Shown here one piece after another: positions 40,501 through 49,339 of a DNA stretch of 64,000 nt (position 1 is its first letter; every line of letters begins with the position of its first letter). Below the pieces are notes generated by a model that ran no database searches, was not told the DNA's origin, and was given only the letters and a program-made list of their open reading frames with translations. The translations under genes were made by a program, and so were the position numbers. The stretch lies in the IMG/VR virus record IMGVR_UViG_3300023109_003296, positions 25,845-89,844 of that record; one strand, given 5' to 3'. The stretch comes from a virus.

Positions 40501-43500
40501 AGATAATGTATCAAATCCACCAGTAGCTTTTTTAATTACAGCATTTAATATAGGGAATAAAGTAATAACAGTTCCTAATATAGGAACAAATCTACCAAAA
40601 ATACCAGCTGCCTTACCGAGAACACTAACAAACTTACCAGAACTTCTTAAAAGACCTCCTCCTCTTAAGCCTAACGCTGATCTTTTTTGTCCAGCTAGTT
40701 CCAACTTAGCCCCCTTAAAACCAAGCGAACCCGCTTTGTTTGGTCCGCTTTTAGCAGCGCCACGTTTAATTCCAGGGGTTAATCCTACTGACTGAAGACC
40801 AAACAATATAGAAGCAGAAGTTAAAGCGGCTTGAGCGAATTCCTGTACAGCTTTTGAAGTTCCTTCTGTTTGTGTCGCTAATCCACCCAAAACACTCTGA
40901 GCTATGAAGAATACCCCAGAAGCTTTTAAATATGAAGATGTTGATTTTTCTGAAGCTACCAATTGACCTTGGTTTGCTTTAGTTAGTTTTACAGAAGATT
41001 CTGTTTGCTTTTTAAGAGCACCTACGTTAGCTTTGGCAGCTTCACCTACTCCTGCTCCTGGCCCAATAAAATTAGGAACAAACCCTCTAGAGGCATTCCT
41101 AGGAACAGCGCCAGTAGGCTCATCTCTAGTATTAGTTACAGCAATACCGTCTGGATTTTGACTGTTTCTTAATTTGCCGTCTTGGTTTATTCTAATCTGG
41201 TTGATTGGGATTCCAGCATCTCTCTCTCTGCCGATAGCTTGTTCAAGTGGGCTTTGATTTTGTGCGAAGTTTGGTATATAACCAGAAGCAGCTCTTTTCA
41301 ATACGCCTGTTGTCTTGTCAGAAGTGAAAGATTCACCTTCTAATTTACTTAGATCATTCTTTTTTATTGTGTAAGTTCGATTAGGATATTTTCCCTTGGC
41401 ATTTAGTTTTAAGAACCCAAGCCTGATTGCATCTTTATTAAGAAGCTTCTTACCTACAAGATTAGTTTCTTTACTACCTTGTTTTCTCTCGAACGCTTTT
41501 CTGCCTCCAACCAATACATCAAAAAACTTTTTAGCCGCTGACTTTTGAAGCTCTGTACTATTTGACCCTTTAACTTCTGCGCCATCTTTTCCTTGACCTT
41601 TACCGACACCAAAAGCTGCATATAAATTATCGGATTTAGGTAAGTCTATCAAAGAGTTTTCAGTTCTTGATGCGTAGTCGTCAAAACCAGGACCTTCCAA
41701 TATAGAAGCTAAAGCCACCTCAAAAACACTCCCAGCCAAAGAGTTTACAGCTCCTTTCTGAAACCTACCCTTTAACTTTTCTGCGCTTTCAGTTCTTACG
41801 TTGCCTGGGCTGCTAATGCTAAGAGCAGTTTTAACAGCCTCGTTAGCACCAAGATCCCTGATTTTCCCCTCTAAAGAATCTATGTAAGATTTTCCATTGG
41901 TGTCCCCCTTAGGTTTTTTTGCTTGAAATGTAGGCACAGCAACCTCAGTAATAGCTTCTGACTTGAAACCTTGCTTTAATGCTTCTTGTGGACTTACATA
42001 AATTCTTGTTTCTCCATCTTTGTCTACAGCTCCAAAATATGAAGCATTGGGACTGTCGTTACCATAAGAGCCAGTCAACAGAACAAAATTAGAACCTCCT
42101 TTATTTACTTTTGATGCAAAATTTGGAATATATCCACCAGCCGCATTTACTTTCTTAGCTCCGCTTGGCAAGCCCATCCTCTTAACCATGTCTTGGTTAA
42201 AGATAGCAGAGCCTCCACCAGCAAAATTAGGAACAATATATTCACTAGAATTAGCGACCATGGTTCCTTTTTTACCATTACCAAATGCAAAGTTTGGAAT
42301 GACAACTGGCTTTGCTGAAGAAGGAGCACCACCAACACCTCTGCTTATGTCCTTTTGTTCTGCGCCAATTGGCAAAAATCCGCCAGCACTTCTTTTAGTT
42401 GCTCCAGATCTTCCTGCCGAAACTATTCCTGGAGCTATAGTAGAAGATAAAGTGTTTAATTGAGAAGTGAGCTTTACTCTTTCCCTTAAAGCTACGTTAA
42501 AAAATTCAGCTTGTTGAAATCTTTTTTGTTCAGCAGTTAAAGAAGAGTTTTCTATTCTTAAAATATTCTCCCTAACACCTTGATCATTAAGTAGAGTTCC
42601 AACTATTTGTTGTTGAATTGACTTAAGTCTTTCAGCTTCTTTATTTAAACCAAGAAATGTTTTGAATGAGTCTACTCCAAACTTTAAAAGCTGTTTAGAC
42701 AACTGAAACAAAAGAACACCGAAAATAGCAAGCCCCCCTTTAACTAAAGCTCCACTCAATCCGCTCAAAAAGCCTTTTGCAAACTTAGCTCCTGGTCCTT
42801 CTCCATCTAAAAAATTATTTACAGAAGAAACAAAATTGTTTACTATATTCAAAAGCTCCTTAAAGGTATCTGTCACTCCAAGTTCGCCAAGATTATTTGC
42901 GAGTTCTTTAACTGTTAATGAAGTTCTGGTTATTGCTGCAGATAGTGTTTCATTCAGAATTATATTTTTCTGATAAGCTTGATCAGTAGCGTTTCTAAAA
43001 GCTTCGGTAGCTTGTATAGCTATAGAAGTCTCACTACTATAATCAGACAAAGCCGCAAGCAGCGGAGCAATCTGGAATCCACCACCGATTTTTTCAGTAA
43101 TAGATCTTACTTGAATATCGTTCAAGTCTCCTAACTTACCCGCTAAATTCTCTATAAGTTTTGTAGCTGGCAATATTTTCCCTTGGACATCTGTTATTTG
43201 TACTCCAAGACTTTCTAAAAGCTGAAGGTTACCCGCACGACCAATACGAGTAAAGATTGTTTTAAATGAGTTACCAATAACAGCTCCACCACGGGCTGTT
43301 TTTTGCTGGACGGCTGTAATAATTCCTCCAAGCTCATCAATACTAACGCCAGCTTGTTGGGCTACAGAAGCGGAACGCTTAAATCCTTCAATAAGGTCTC
43401 TCTCAGAAACGGCAAATTTGTTTGCTGCGTTACTAACTTTGTTAAGAACCTCTCCTGTAGTTAAACCTTCTTTTGAGAAACTGTTAACAGCTGCAGTCAA

Positions 43501-44040
43501 TCCAGCCACAGCCTCTGCAGCATTTATGCCTGAAAGTCTAGAAAGAATAAGCGCATCATTAAGTCTCTTGGCGACCTCTGTTGCATTCAAACCCTGTCTC
43601 GATAATTCCAACGCAGCATCAGCAACAGTATCAAAAGTTTGTTGCGTATTTCTTGCTATATCAAAAATTTGCCCTTTAAGAGAATCTAATCCAGATACAG
43701 TGGTATTAAGTATAGAGTTTATTTTAGCAAGACTAGCCTCAACCTCAATAGTTGTAGTAACCAAACTCTTAAAGGATTGTACGACTGCATTAATAATACC
43801 AACAGAAGCACCAAAAGCAATAACACGGGCATTTGCCGCTTGCATAGACTTGCCAAACTCGTCAGCTTGTCCAGTTATTCTTCCAAGAGGCTGTTCAAGA
43901 GATTTGATGTCCTTGGCGTTAGTGCCAAGATCGATCTTTAAATTTCTTCCAGCTTTTTTTGCTACATTAGCAACCTGTCTCTCAAGTTGAGTTTGGTTTA
44001 CTAGTGTTCCTTTTAACGGTAATGGTACTGACTCTGGCAT
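34513..44040 (-). CDS. Tail tape measure protein (3175 aa)
   Basis: TP901-type TMP N-domain (ADAALELSRQG, KFAVSERDL, RGGAVIGNSFKTIFTR); long helical stretches; hydrophobic segments; C-terminal GGEFV motifs. Confidence 0.9.
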   Translation of the reverse strand: MPESVPLPLKGTLVNQTQLERQVANVAKKAGRNLKIDLGTNAKDIKSLEQPLGRITGQADEFGKSMQAANARVIAFGASVGIINAVVQSFKSLVTTTIEVEASLAKINSILNTTVSGLDSLKGQIFDIARNTQQTFDTVADAALELSRQGLNATEVAKRLNDALILSRLSGINAAEAVAGLTAAVNSFSKEGLTTGEVLNKVSNAANKFAVSERDLIEGFKRSASVAQQAGVSIDELGGIITAVQQKTARGGAVIGNSFKTIFTRIGRAGNLQLLESLGVQITDVQGKILPATKLIENLAGKLGDLNDIQVRSITEKIGGGFQIAPLLAALSDYSSETSIAIQATEAFRNATDQAYQKNIILNETLSAAITRTSLTVKELANNLGELGVTDTFKELLNIVNNFVSSVNNFLDGEGPGAKFAKGFLSGLSGALVKGGLAIFGVLLFQLSKQLLKFGVDSFKTFLGLNKEAERLKSIQQQIVGTLLNDQGVRENILRIENSSLTAEQKRFQQAEFFNVALRERVKLTSQLNTLSSTIAPGIVSAGRSGATKRSAGGFLPIGAEQKDISRGVGGAPSSAKPVVIPNFAFGNGKKGTMVANSSEYIVPNFAGGGSAIFNQDMVKRMGLPSGAKKVNAAGGYIPNFASKVNKGGSNFVLLTGSYGNDSPNASYFGAVDKDGETRIYVSPQEALKQGFKSEAITEVAVPTFQAKKPKGDTNGKSYIDSLEGKIRDLGANEAVKTALSISSPGNVRTESAEKLKGRFQKGAVNSLAGSVFEVALASILEGPGFDDYASRTENSLIDLPKSDNLYAAFGVGKGQGKDGAEVKGSNSTELQKSAAKKFFDVLVGGRKAFERKQGSKETNLVGKKLLNKDAIRLGFLKLNAKGKYPNRTYTIKKNDLSKLEGESFTSDKTTGVLKRAASGYIPNFAQNQSPLEQAIGRERDAGIPINQIRINQDGKLRNSQNPDGIAVTNTRDEPTGAVPRNASRGFVPNFIGPGAGVGEAAKANVGALKKQTESSVKLTKANQGQLVASEKSTSSYLKASGVFFIAQSVLGGLATQTEGTSKAVQEFAQAALTSASILFGLQSVGLTPGIKRGAAKSGPNKAGSLGFKGAKLELAGQKRSALGLRGGGLLRSSGKFVSVLGKAAGIFGRFVPILGTVITLFPILNAVIKKATGGFDTLSFLLDGLKGIGRVLGFIDTPAEAAAKSLEKLRESSLDAALSLDKGGESPTDLVLKELRLKIRGIEDKDGKVITDPKEIITSVLNKGRADGIGKETRGIADQSLISTLSTQDKQKLLEKPEDVQKLLGQQQSKLSKEDQSKREDAIKKEIALRERLAKIDGDKSRVVESKQILKEIEKEVVLRGEIEKKLIASSDAADRLKKIQEDSRRVLRDTALSALDSVIAQQKSIAAIKSEKEFKLELLKASEKTNAIQGAELDRRLQNLQVEKGLQEEISDIFTKRILSDEGLKTSLIPDVGGTIDAQAYQQIADLVLNINDNLLKTGKFEGDIVKFAEERLSRIEGIAGKEKEVIASIKQSVVDAAKRAAIAKADNDLQNARLKLLKLQSAEEKRINDLRDRRTKKQRDIGTSALNAEQRQIDIERARLDAGKAGRKGTTADVRASNALDLKQTDLDIRTGRKAATEAQADDLVSQLRAFSDVIDPSKRKSLEDKITGSEDILDLAPLEVSVGKLIEKSITDSKKLAEDQAKKSQKLIEDLKSTLEDGLRTEFGANVNIFGANVNKFGEYIAQALAESRAKEKAGIEESELTRGPERNKEFKKAADSLIKFNKNLDDNKIKLNDLKSELENLIIQSPDGFGEDSGITTSLTQGSAGAQASIEGKKAEIKVQEAQIQNALNQIQTFTQQVAELKGEELQVQQRLNELSVKEPVTPAGDPAGDINEAAKASGDLKVANEEQKTSQTTLTTSTETLNRAILSLTPSISSLFNIQKVPQLGAASNIFDLNKPTTGFIGSAEGIGLAKQQTQSEELRKGTESYRKGLEQSRIALDKGTIARLRADAALKDFTGSLKTLASLIRSEFENIPEQRAQNTFDILTTADPGALQSAGVNQGRLDILQSGEGTQLDRIRQANEYVLAKEKELALLKTIDTASRVQLEYEYEINLKILALRERLNAAKTPEERGSVLREAAILERQKDNPDIGTLFKKQGKSPEESAKEIREILVSGATNFVDTLSDGLVDSISKGESLRDTLREAASSFLEDFAKTSLKNLLRGVVFGQGEGGFQGILGSIFGQKDSGAGSGSAAGATLINSARGLTSSSPLYVTSTDGEGLTSEGGGGESGGIDIKGGALKAISSVIGKDISGVAGLLGLGGESGGPKGSQSNPVFVNVVNGGGGGGGGGIQGSTGGGGGFLGGAIGSLASLIPGVGPVLGPILGAIGFNEGGSVPGRVTGGSGVRDDVPAVLMAGEYVIRKSAVQKYGSGMMESINSGNLTGFATGGMVGGARSNEPINEYMGYRRSINESDRTQSGIIASDWTPKASKYQDQDKERTVDQEERTESGVLASKWIAEASIQKARKKKTEERIRIRTESGIESSEWTPLANSSTATREARETKKDSDKSRENERTNSGIVASNWTSKSNYSNVEKEEERLKNRELRSDSGNFISKWTDSANYAKEKTRSFEDNNELRNDSGLKSSDWTPKADVIRESNEKRRKKEEENRTESGLTASKFTPAANSGQVYNLEERFKNKDLRFDSGAFASKWIDSFKYAKEKKERVDQSVKFRSESGIEASKATRESSLRTSFDPKFGGVLDERLTNLRVSESKDKKENPALLMGGEFVMSKDAVSSFGTSFLDAINNGSVKKYAKGGLVPGATFAREEKDFKTTDIFGSPSGALTPQTGRQDFIIPGLYGQGQIEGAGNLLNFSTQAFTGGQNDVINQAAGASMVSLEPESVRLTNFGRTRGTPLQRATQDAKAQAFGLNLEYQQQVAEYNELVEQLKKQEKERKKQLLTQLAISVATMGLTAGLNGIGAAMNNGGVAANGGFWNSFLRGAPGSSGSGTNTGGLLNLRGYNLGGTGSGQSLATGGYVTGGGSNIDNVQTMLTGGEFVLNRAATERVGADNLQNLNSGGGEDSEKVIEKLDEILNATRDNNGEINITVNGGGGGNENSGGGGSSGGPDGNATVEKKGASNNNKYREELGKTIKQKVLEVLREERRLGGTLR
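35800..36610 (-). repeat. Nine-copy R[TSNF][EDNQ]SGxx[AS]Sx(W) protein repeat inside the TMP
   Basis: RTQSGIIASDW, RTESGVLASKW, RTESGIESSEW, RTNSGIVASNW, RSDSGNFISKW, RNDSGLKSSDW, RTESGLTASKF, RFDSGAFASKW, RSESGIEASKA. Confidence 0.88.
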
Positions 44041-44070
44041 TGTTGTATAACCTTATATCCTTTACATAAG

Positions 44071-44097
44071 TTACACAAAAACCAAAATTAATGACCA
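44071..44097 (-). promoter_or_regulatory. Putative phage-specific promoter (GGTCA-N16-TGTAA) upstream of the TMP
   Basis: Variant of the recurring motif. Confidence 0.45.
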
Positions 44098-45068
44098 GCC
44101 AATTTCATCATTTGTTCCATATCAAGTTTACCTCCAGCCTTTTTAATCTCTTCTGTGAGTGAAATCCCAGAACTGTCATCACCAGCCAAATCTTGAACGT
44201 CTTCGGTTGTTGCTCCAAATATAGTCGACGCTGCAGAATCTTCATCAATGAACTTCTTAGCTTTACTGCTGTCACTCTTAGATTCAGAAAAGGCTATAAG
44301 TCTTTCAGGATCCATTTTTATATCTTCAGGTATGTTATCAACATTCTGAAATATACTATTAAACACCCTGCCAAAGACCGTCATTTTAAGTTGATATACA
44401 GACAAATCAACCAGCGGTTTGCCAAAAAAATCTTTAGGGTTTTCACAAAAAGATAAATATAAAGTAAAAAACGGTCTCAATACCGTTTTCTGAATATCTA
44501 ATTCGCTTAACCTTGCCGATATTTCATCTTGTTTTGTTCTTAAACAATAAAACTCTTCATCATCTAAGTTATCAAAATCTTCTTTAGAAAAAGCTCTTTT
44601 GTTTAAATCTGCAGAATCAAATACGAAGTATCTAATTATCTCTTGAGCTGCCATGCCAGAAGCATAATCTTCGGCTGTTTTTCCTACTATTTCTTTTCTT
44701 TTTGTTAGTAGTTCAAGCCACTCATTTGTTTTCTGCTCTATGGTCTCCTGAACAGCTTTTTTCTGAGAGGGGAGAAGTAAACTCTCTTTTGTTCTTTTTA
44801 AATTTTGAACCTCTACATCTAAATTAGATATTTTTAAATCCTCATCAGAAGTCCAAAGACCATCTTCTTTTACTTTTTTAAGTATATTCTCTTCAGACTC
44901 AACACCTCTAGCTTTGGCTATATTTATATACTTTAAGTAGTATGAATGGAGGTTCCTTTGATCTTTTATACTGGTATGTTTGTAATACAAATCCCTACCA
45001 TAAAAATCAAACACACTGTAGCCGTCGAATATTTCTCCAGCTACAGATATGTAAAATTCCTCGTTCAC
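44088..45068 (-). CDS. Hypothetical protein, probable tail assembly chaperone
   Basis: Immediately upstream of the TMP; helical; GTG start. Function inferred from synteny only. Confidence 0.5.
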   Translation of the reverse strand: MNEEFYISVAGEIFDGYSVFDFYGRDLYYKHTSIKDQRNLHSYYLKYINIAKARGVESEENILKKVKEDGLWTSDEDLKISNLDVEVQNLKRTKESLLLPSQKKAVQETIEQKTNEWLELLTKRKEIVGKTAEDYASGMAAQEIIRYFVFDSADLNKRAFSKEDFDNLDDEEFYCLRTKQDEISARLSELDIQKTVLRPFFTLYLSFCENPKDFFGKPLVDLSVYQLKMTVFGRVFNSIFQNVDNIPEDIKMDPERLIAFSESKSDSSKAKKFIDEDSAASTIFGATTEDVQDLAGDDSSGISLTEEIKKAGGKLDMEQMMKLAGH

Positions 45069-45079
45069 AAAAAATACGG

Positions 45080-45868
45080 CTACTTAACCGCTTCTTTTTC
45101 TTCTTCAGCAACCTCTTCCGTGCCTTCTTCCATTTCTTTCATGAGTTTTTCGAACTCATCTTGAGATGAAGCTTGGTTGAAGAACCAAAATGCAAGTGTC
45201 GTAGAAGCTTTCTTGATTAATTCTAGGTAAAAAGGATCTTCCTCTTCCTCTAACTCGTAATAAAAGGATGTCTTTTCTTCAAAGTCATCTCCTTTGAAAT
45301 AAGGAACAAACTTATCAAGTTCTTCATCATAAATAAATGTCAAGTTCAAGCAATACCAAAGCAATACTTTGTTTTGAGCTTTAACATCTGCGGTATGATC
45401 AAACAAGGATTGGAAATTAGATTCGAACTCTACAATTCTTTTCCTGTTTATAGCAACCAAGCCTGTAACTTTCTCAAATCTTTTTTCCTGAGCCTCTGTC
45501 CTCTTCTTGACTGTATCTAGCCTTAAATATTCATTTTGAAGATCAAGAGCTTCTTTATAAAGATCTCCATACGCACTAGAGTCGTCTTCGCTAAAAAGTC
45601 CGCCAGTATCACTGTACTTTTTACCAAGCATTGCTTTTGTAAGAATACCCTTCTTGATGCAATTACTCATCTCAACAGAATATTCTAGCTCCGCTTCTTC
45701 TAATTGTCTTCTGTTTGGTCTGTTGATTTGAATCTCTACAGGCTCTTTGACTGTCTTTTTCCGTTTGGTGATTGTTTCCTCTCCAGTTTTTTTATTTTTT
45801 CTGGTTGATTCAACAGTTTTCTCATACTCTTTATCAAGAGTAAACTTGTATAATATTTTATTTTCCAT
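45080..45868 (-). CDS. Hypothetical protein, probable tail assembly chaperone
   Basis: Acidic and helical; AAGGA upstream; synteny. Confidence 0.5.
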   Translation of the reverse strand: MENKILYKFTLDKEYEKTVESTRKNKKTGEETITKRKKTVKEPVEIQINRPNRRQLEEAELEYSVEMSNCIKKGILTKAMLGKKYSDTGGLFSEDDSSAYGDLYKEALDLQNEYLRLDTVKKRTEAQEKRFEKVTGLVAINRKRIVEFESNFQSLFDHTADVKAQNKVLLWYCLNLTFIYDEELDKFVPYFKGDDFEEKTSFYYELEEEEDPFYLELIKKASTTLAFWFFNQASSQDEFEKLMKEMEEGTEEVAEEEKEAVK

Positions 45869-45874
45869 AATCCT

Positions 45875-46162
45875 TTAATTAAATTTAAATGTTACCTTGA
45901 AATTTTCAATTTCTTTTTGCATATTTCTTACAGATTCATTGCCGTGGTCAAGTATTCTCTTTCTTATCCACGCCAACTTTTCTGGGGTAAAGTGATCTGC
46001 CGCCCTAATTACCGAATGATATTCTTCTGGGATCTCCTCGTATAGCTTTTGATAGTGAAAAACATGATCTTTTTTCATATCCTCCACCAATATAAGCATT
46101 GTTTTAAATAACGATTTGATCTCCTTATCAGAACTATCGTTCAGAATTTTTTTAGCATTCAT
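45875..46162 (-). CDS. Hypothetical protein
   Basis: 95 aa; AAAGGATAAAGG upstream; co-oriented with the chaperone genes. Confidence 0.7.
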   Translation of the reverse strand: MNAKKILNDSSDKEIKSLFKTMLILVEDMKKDHVFHYQKLYEEIPEEYHSVIRAADHFTPEKLAWIRKRILDHGNESVRNMQKEIENFKVTFKFN

Positions 46163-46207
46163 ACCTTTATCCTTTATTATAATATAAAAAAAAGTGTAAT
46201 TTTCAAT

Positions 46208-46669
46208 ATGGCTGGCTTTTTATCTACATCACAAATATCAGAAATTGAAAGATTGTATGACAAATTACACGAAACTTTTGCACAAACGATTACCGTTTAT
46301 AAAAATGGCAAAAAGACACTTATAGCTCATGACCCGAAATACAACTCAATTTACGGGAGGAATGACTTAGGGAGAAGAGATAGCGTCGAATATGAAACAA
46401 TTTCCCAAACTTTCGACACTAGAATATACTACATAAAAACAGAAGAAGAACTATTCAACAATGAAAGCAGTCAAGTAAAGGTTATAATGCCAAAAGGGTC
46501 TGTTAAAATAGTAGTAAGGGAAGATGGGTTTAAATTCATTCAAGAAGCAAGAAGAGTTGAGTTTGACGGAAGAAAATTCAGCATACAAACAGATGGAGCC
46601 CCATACGGTTTAACAGGAAAACTTTTTTATACATTTTATTTAACACCATTAGATGAGTCAACAGATTAA
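46208..46669 (+). CDS. Probable head-closure/stopper protein
   Basis: Beta-rich 153 aa with RVEFDGRKFSI; first gene of the neck-to-tube block. Confidence 0.5.
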   Translation: MAGFLSTSQISEIERLYDKLHETFAQTITVYKNGKKTLIAHDPKYNSIYGRNDLGRRDSVEYETISQTFDTRIYYIKTEEELFNNESSQVKVIMPKGSVKIVVREDGFKFIQEARRVEFDGRKFSIQTDGAPYGLTGKLFYTFYLTPLDESTD

Positions 46670-47247
46670 TGATAAGAATACCAAAAAGCGTAATAGAAGA
46701 GATAGAAAGAAAGTCCCAAAAGGTAAAAAAGACAGAATATACAAAAACGTTCAAAAAAAACTTCGATAAAACAAAAGAAGAAATGATAGAATCTTTTCTA
46801 TCTGACCCAGTTACTGTAGAGATATTAACTGGCGCTTCTGGTGGTAATATCAGCGGAACATTGAACGGCAATTCAAATTTGTTTGCATTTATTGGATTTA
46901 ATTCTGGAGATAACCCTATAGAACCAATTTTAACTCTTTTAAGAAATACAACATACAAAGATTCAGGAGAATCTAAAAAAGGCAGAAAGTTTAGTGTTAT
47001 AATGCCTACAACCGAGGATATATTTTCAGTCACACCAATGCCTTGGGCAACTGGTCGCAGCTGGGCTAAAGGAATAGAAACTGGAATATCAGGACTTGGC
47101 TATCTTTTAAATAAATCATCCTCATCAAGTAGATCAGGTGTAGCTATACAAGCAGGATCTAAAGTAAGAAGCGGCAAATTCAATAACAGGCCTTACATTT
47201 CTGCTTTGCTTAAAAAGTACAAAAAAAAGTTTAAAGAAATAAGATGA
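46669..47247 (+). CDS. Probable neck/tail-completion protein
   Basis: Basic; C-terminal NRPYIS; synteny. Confidence 0.45.
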   Translation: MIRIPKSVIEEIERKSQKVKKTEYTKTFKKNFDKTKEEMIESFLSDPVTVEILTGASGGNISGTLNGNSNLFAFIGFNSGDNPIEPILTLLRNTTYKDSGESKKGRKFSVIMPTTEDIFSVTPMPWATGRSWAKGIETGISGLGYLLNKSSSSSRSGVAIQAGSKVRSGKFNNRPYISALLKKYKKKFKEIR

Positions 47248-48116
47248 TAGAACAATACCATCATAAACTAACAAACTCTTTTATGTTGTGGTTTGACAAT
47301 TACCTTTTAACAAAAGGGCAAGCTTACACAAACTACACTGGGGTTCAACTTGAGCATTATGCTGACGATAGAATAGATTCTGATTACAAAGCTTATGGAA
47401 GCCCCTACAAACAATGGGTGTTCGACTCTTCTATAGATGGTGCCATCATTCCAGATGGAGTTACAGTTGGTAATACTCCTACTGGCTCCTACAACAGCTT
47501 ATTAAGCGGAAGAGAAGGAATGGCTTTGGATTTTAACGACGGAAGAGCTTTAGTTGAGACTTCAAACGAAAATTATGAATTAACAGCAGATTTCGCCGTT
47601 AAAGATTTCAACATTTACTTCACAAATGAAACAGAAGAAGATTTAATTATCGAAAATAAATATACGATAAACTCAAGAATACCTTCTGCTGATCTTGGCC
47701 CAATAGAACCTTACGATCAAGTTATACCAGCAGTCTTCTTCAATACCAACACATCAAACAATAAAGGATTTGCTTTTGGGGGTATGGAGGAAACCACTAC
47801 GACAATAACAGCCACAGTAATGTCTGAAGATAGCTATCAATTAGATGGAGTCCTCTCTATTTTCAACGATTCCAGAAATGAGTCGATAGCGGTAATACCA
47901 ATGTCAGACCACCCATTTAATGAGTTTAACGACTTAAAAAGTGGAAGTTTTAATTATAATGATCTATCAAATCAATATAAAAAGTGTAATGGTTTATACG
48001 TAAACGATGTAACTACATCTAAATTAACAGACAGGGCCCGAAAGTCTTTGTCTAATAATATTTTCGTTGGCTTCATAGATTTTGAAATACAACACCACAG
48101 ATTTAGGCATCAATAA
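47244..48116 (+). CDS. Probable tail terminator/neck protein
   Basis: Directly precedes the tube genes; IPAVF, FAFGG and GFIDFEI motifs. Confidence 0.45.
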   Translation: MIEQYHHKLTNSFMLWFDNYLLTKGQAYTNYTGVQLEHYADDRIDSDYKAYGSPYKQWVFDSSIDGAIIPDGVTVGNTPTGSYNSLLSGREGMALDFNDGRALVETSNENYELTADFAVKDFNIYFTNETEEDLIIENKYTINSRIPSADLGPIEPYDQVIPAVFFNTNTSNNKGFAFGGMEETTTTITATVMSEDSYQLDGVLSIFNDSRNESIAVIPMSDHPFNEFNDLKSGSFNYNDLSNQYKKCNGLYVNDVTTSKLTDRARKSLSNNIFVGFIDFEIQHHRFRHQ

Positions 48117-48145
48117 TTTCACAAACCATCAAAACAACTGTAAAC
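48116..48145 (+). promoter_or_regulatory. Putative phage late promoter ATTTCACAAA-N13-TGTAAAC
   Basis: Same elements, 13-nt spacer and 18-nt distance to ATG as the site at 57295-57324. Confidence 0.7.
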
Positions 48146-48163
48146 ATTTAAAATAATAACGTC

Positions 48164-49312
48164 ATGTCAAGAAACAGAGTAATTTATCAATCGGAAGCTC
48201 TCTTTGCAAGTAAAGAGCACACCTCAACAGCTGCTGCAGATCATGAGCAACTTCACAGAGTACAGAGCGCAAATTACGGATTTTCAGTTAGTCGTCAAGA
48301 TGTTAACCAGTTTGGAAACCTAGCTAGAATTGATTCTATTATTCTTGAGGCTCCTACGGTTAACTTTGACGTAACTTATTATCCTACAAACGGATTTAAT
48401 GAAAGAGTATTAGACTTTTTTGTTAGAGATGCCAACACAGATGAGAATGTATCTGGTCAGTTCGCATCAGGACACCTAGCCGCTGGCTCTGGTCAAAACT
48501 TTTACATTCTAACTGTCCCAGAAGGAAGAGACGCAAACATTAATAAGCAGGTTGGAGAAACCGAAAATAGTATTATAGGAATCGGCAACGCATTCCTTAC
48601 AGACTATACATTGGATCTTTCTGTTGGATCTCTTCCTACAGCCACAGTAGCTTTTGAAGCTTCCAATATTGTTGCAGATACAGCAATCTCTGGAAATGCT
48701 GTAGTATTTAGCGGAGTTACTTCACCAGGAGTTGACCCAGAACTTGGAGAGTCTCTCGGCCTTGATGTCGAAGTCCCAGTTGCTTCTGGAAACGCTTCGG
48801 ATTCTGAAGCTGATATTGTTTCAGCTCTTCGCCCAGGAGATATTACGGTTGACATTTCAAGCTTCCAAGGTGAGACACTAAGTAGTTTGATTGGTAGTGA
48901 TGGTATTCACGTACAGAGTGCATCTCTATCAGTTCCTCTTTCAAGATCTCCAATCGAAAGACTTGGATCTAAATTCCCATTCGCAAGGGTTGTTGATTTC
49001 CCAGTTAATGCTACATTAAGTGTTAACGCTATTGTTAACACAATGGAAGCTCAAAACCTAGCTAATGTAATTAGTGGTTGTGGAGAAACAAACAGAAGAG
49101 ACGTTACCCTTACTCTTAAAGAGTGTGGGGTAGATAAAACAGGAATGAACTTCCTCCTTAAAGGATGTACTGTTGATTCAGAAAGCTTCTCTTCCAGTAT
49201 CGGCTCTAACAAGAGTGTTGATATCACCTTCTCAACTCAAATCGGAGGAACAAGAGATGTAAATAACGGCATCTTTGTTAGCGGAAATAGCACAACAATT
49301 CCGTATGCATAA
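48164..49312 (+). CDS. Major tail tube protein, copy A
   Basis: Acidic, beta-rich, 382 aa; follows the neck genes; internally duplicated; has its own promoter candidate. Confidence 0.7.
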   Translation: MSRNRVIYQSEALFASKEHTSTAAADHEQLHRVQSANYGFSVSRQDVNQFGNLARIDSIILEAPTVNFDVTYYPTNGFNERVLDFFVRDANTDENVSGQFASGHLAAGSGQNFYILTVPEGRDANINKQVGETENSIIGIGNAFLTDYTLDLSVGSLPTATVAFEASNIVADTAISGNAVVFSGVTSPGVDPELGESLGLDVEVPVASGNASDSEADIVSALRPGDITVDISSFQGETLSSLIGSDGIHVQSASLSVPLSRSPIERLGSKFPFARVVDFPVNATLSVNAIVNTMEAQNLANVISGCGETNRRDVTLTLKECGVDKTGMNFLLKGCTVDSESFSSSIGSNKSVDITFSTQIGGTRDVNNGIFVSGNSTTIPYA

Positions 49313-49339
49313 AAATTAAAAAAAAAACAATTCTAAACC

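Noticed and set aside
34604-43990. Plus-strand ORFs opposite the TMP, and similar antisense ORFs elsewhere (e.g. 14211-14657, 46578-47033, 17614-17817)
   Set aside because: These are shadow ORFs overlapping well-supported genes and have no recognisable motifs.
45060-45090. Lambda G/GT-type programmed frameshift between the chaperone genes
   Set aside because: The ORFs do not overlap and no convincing slippery heptamer lies just before the first stop.
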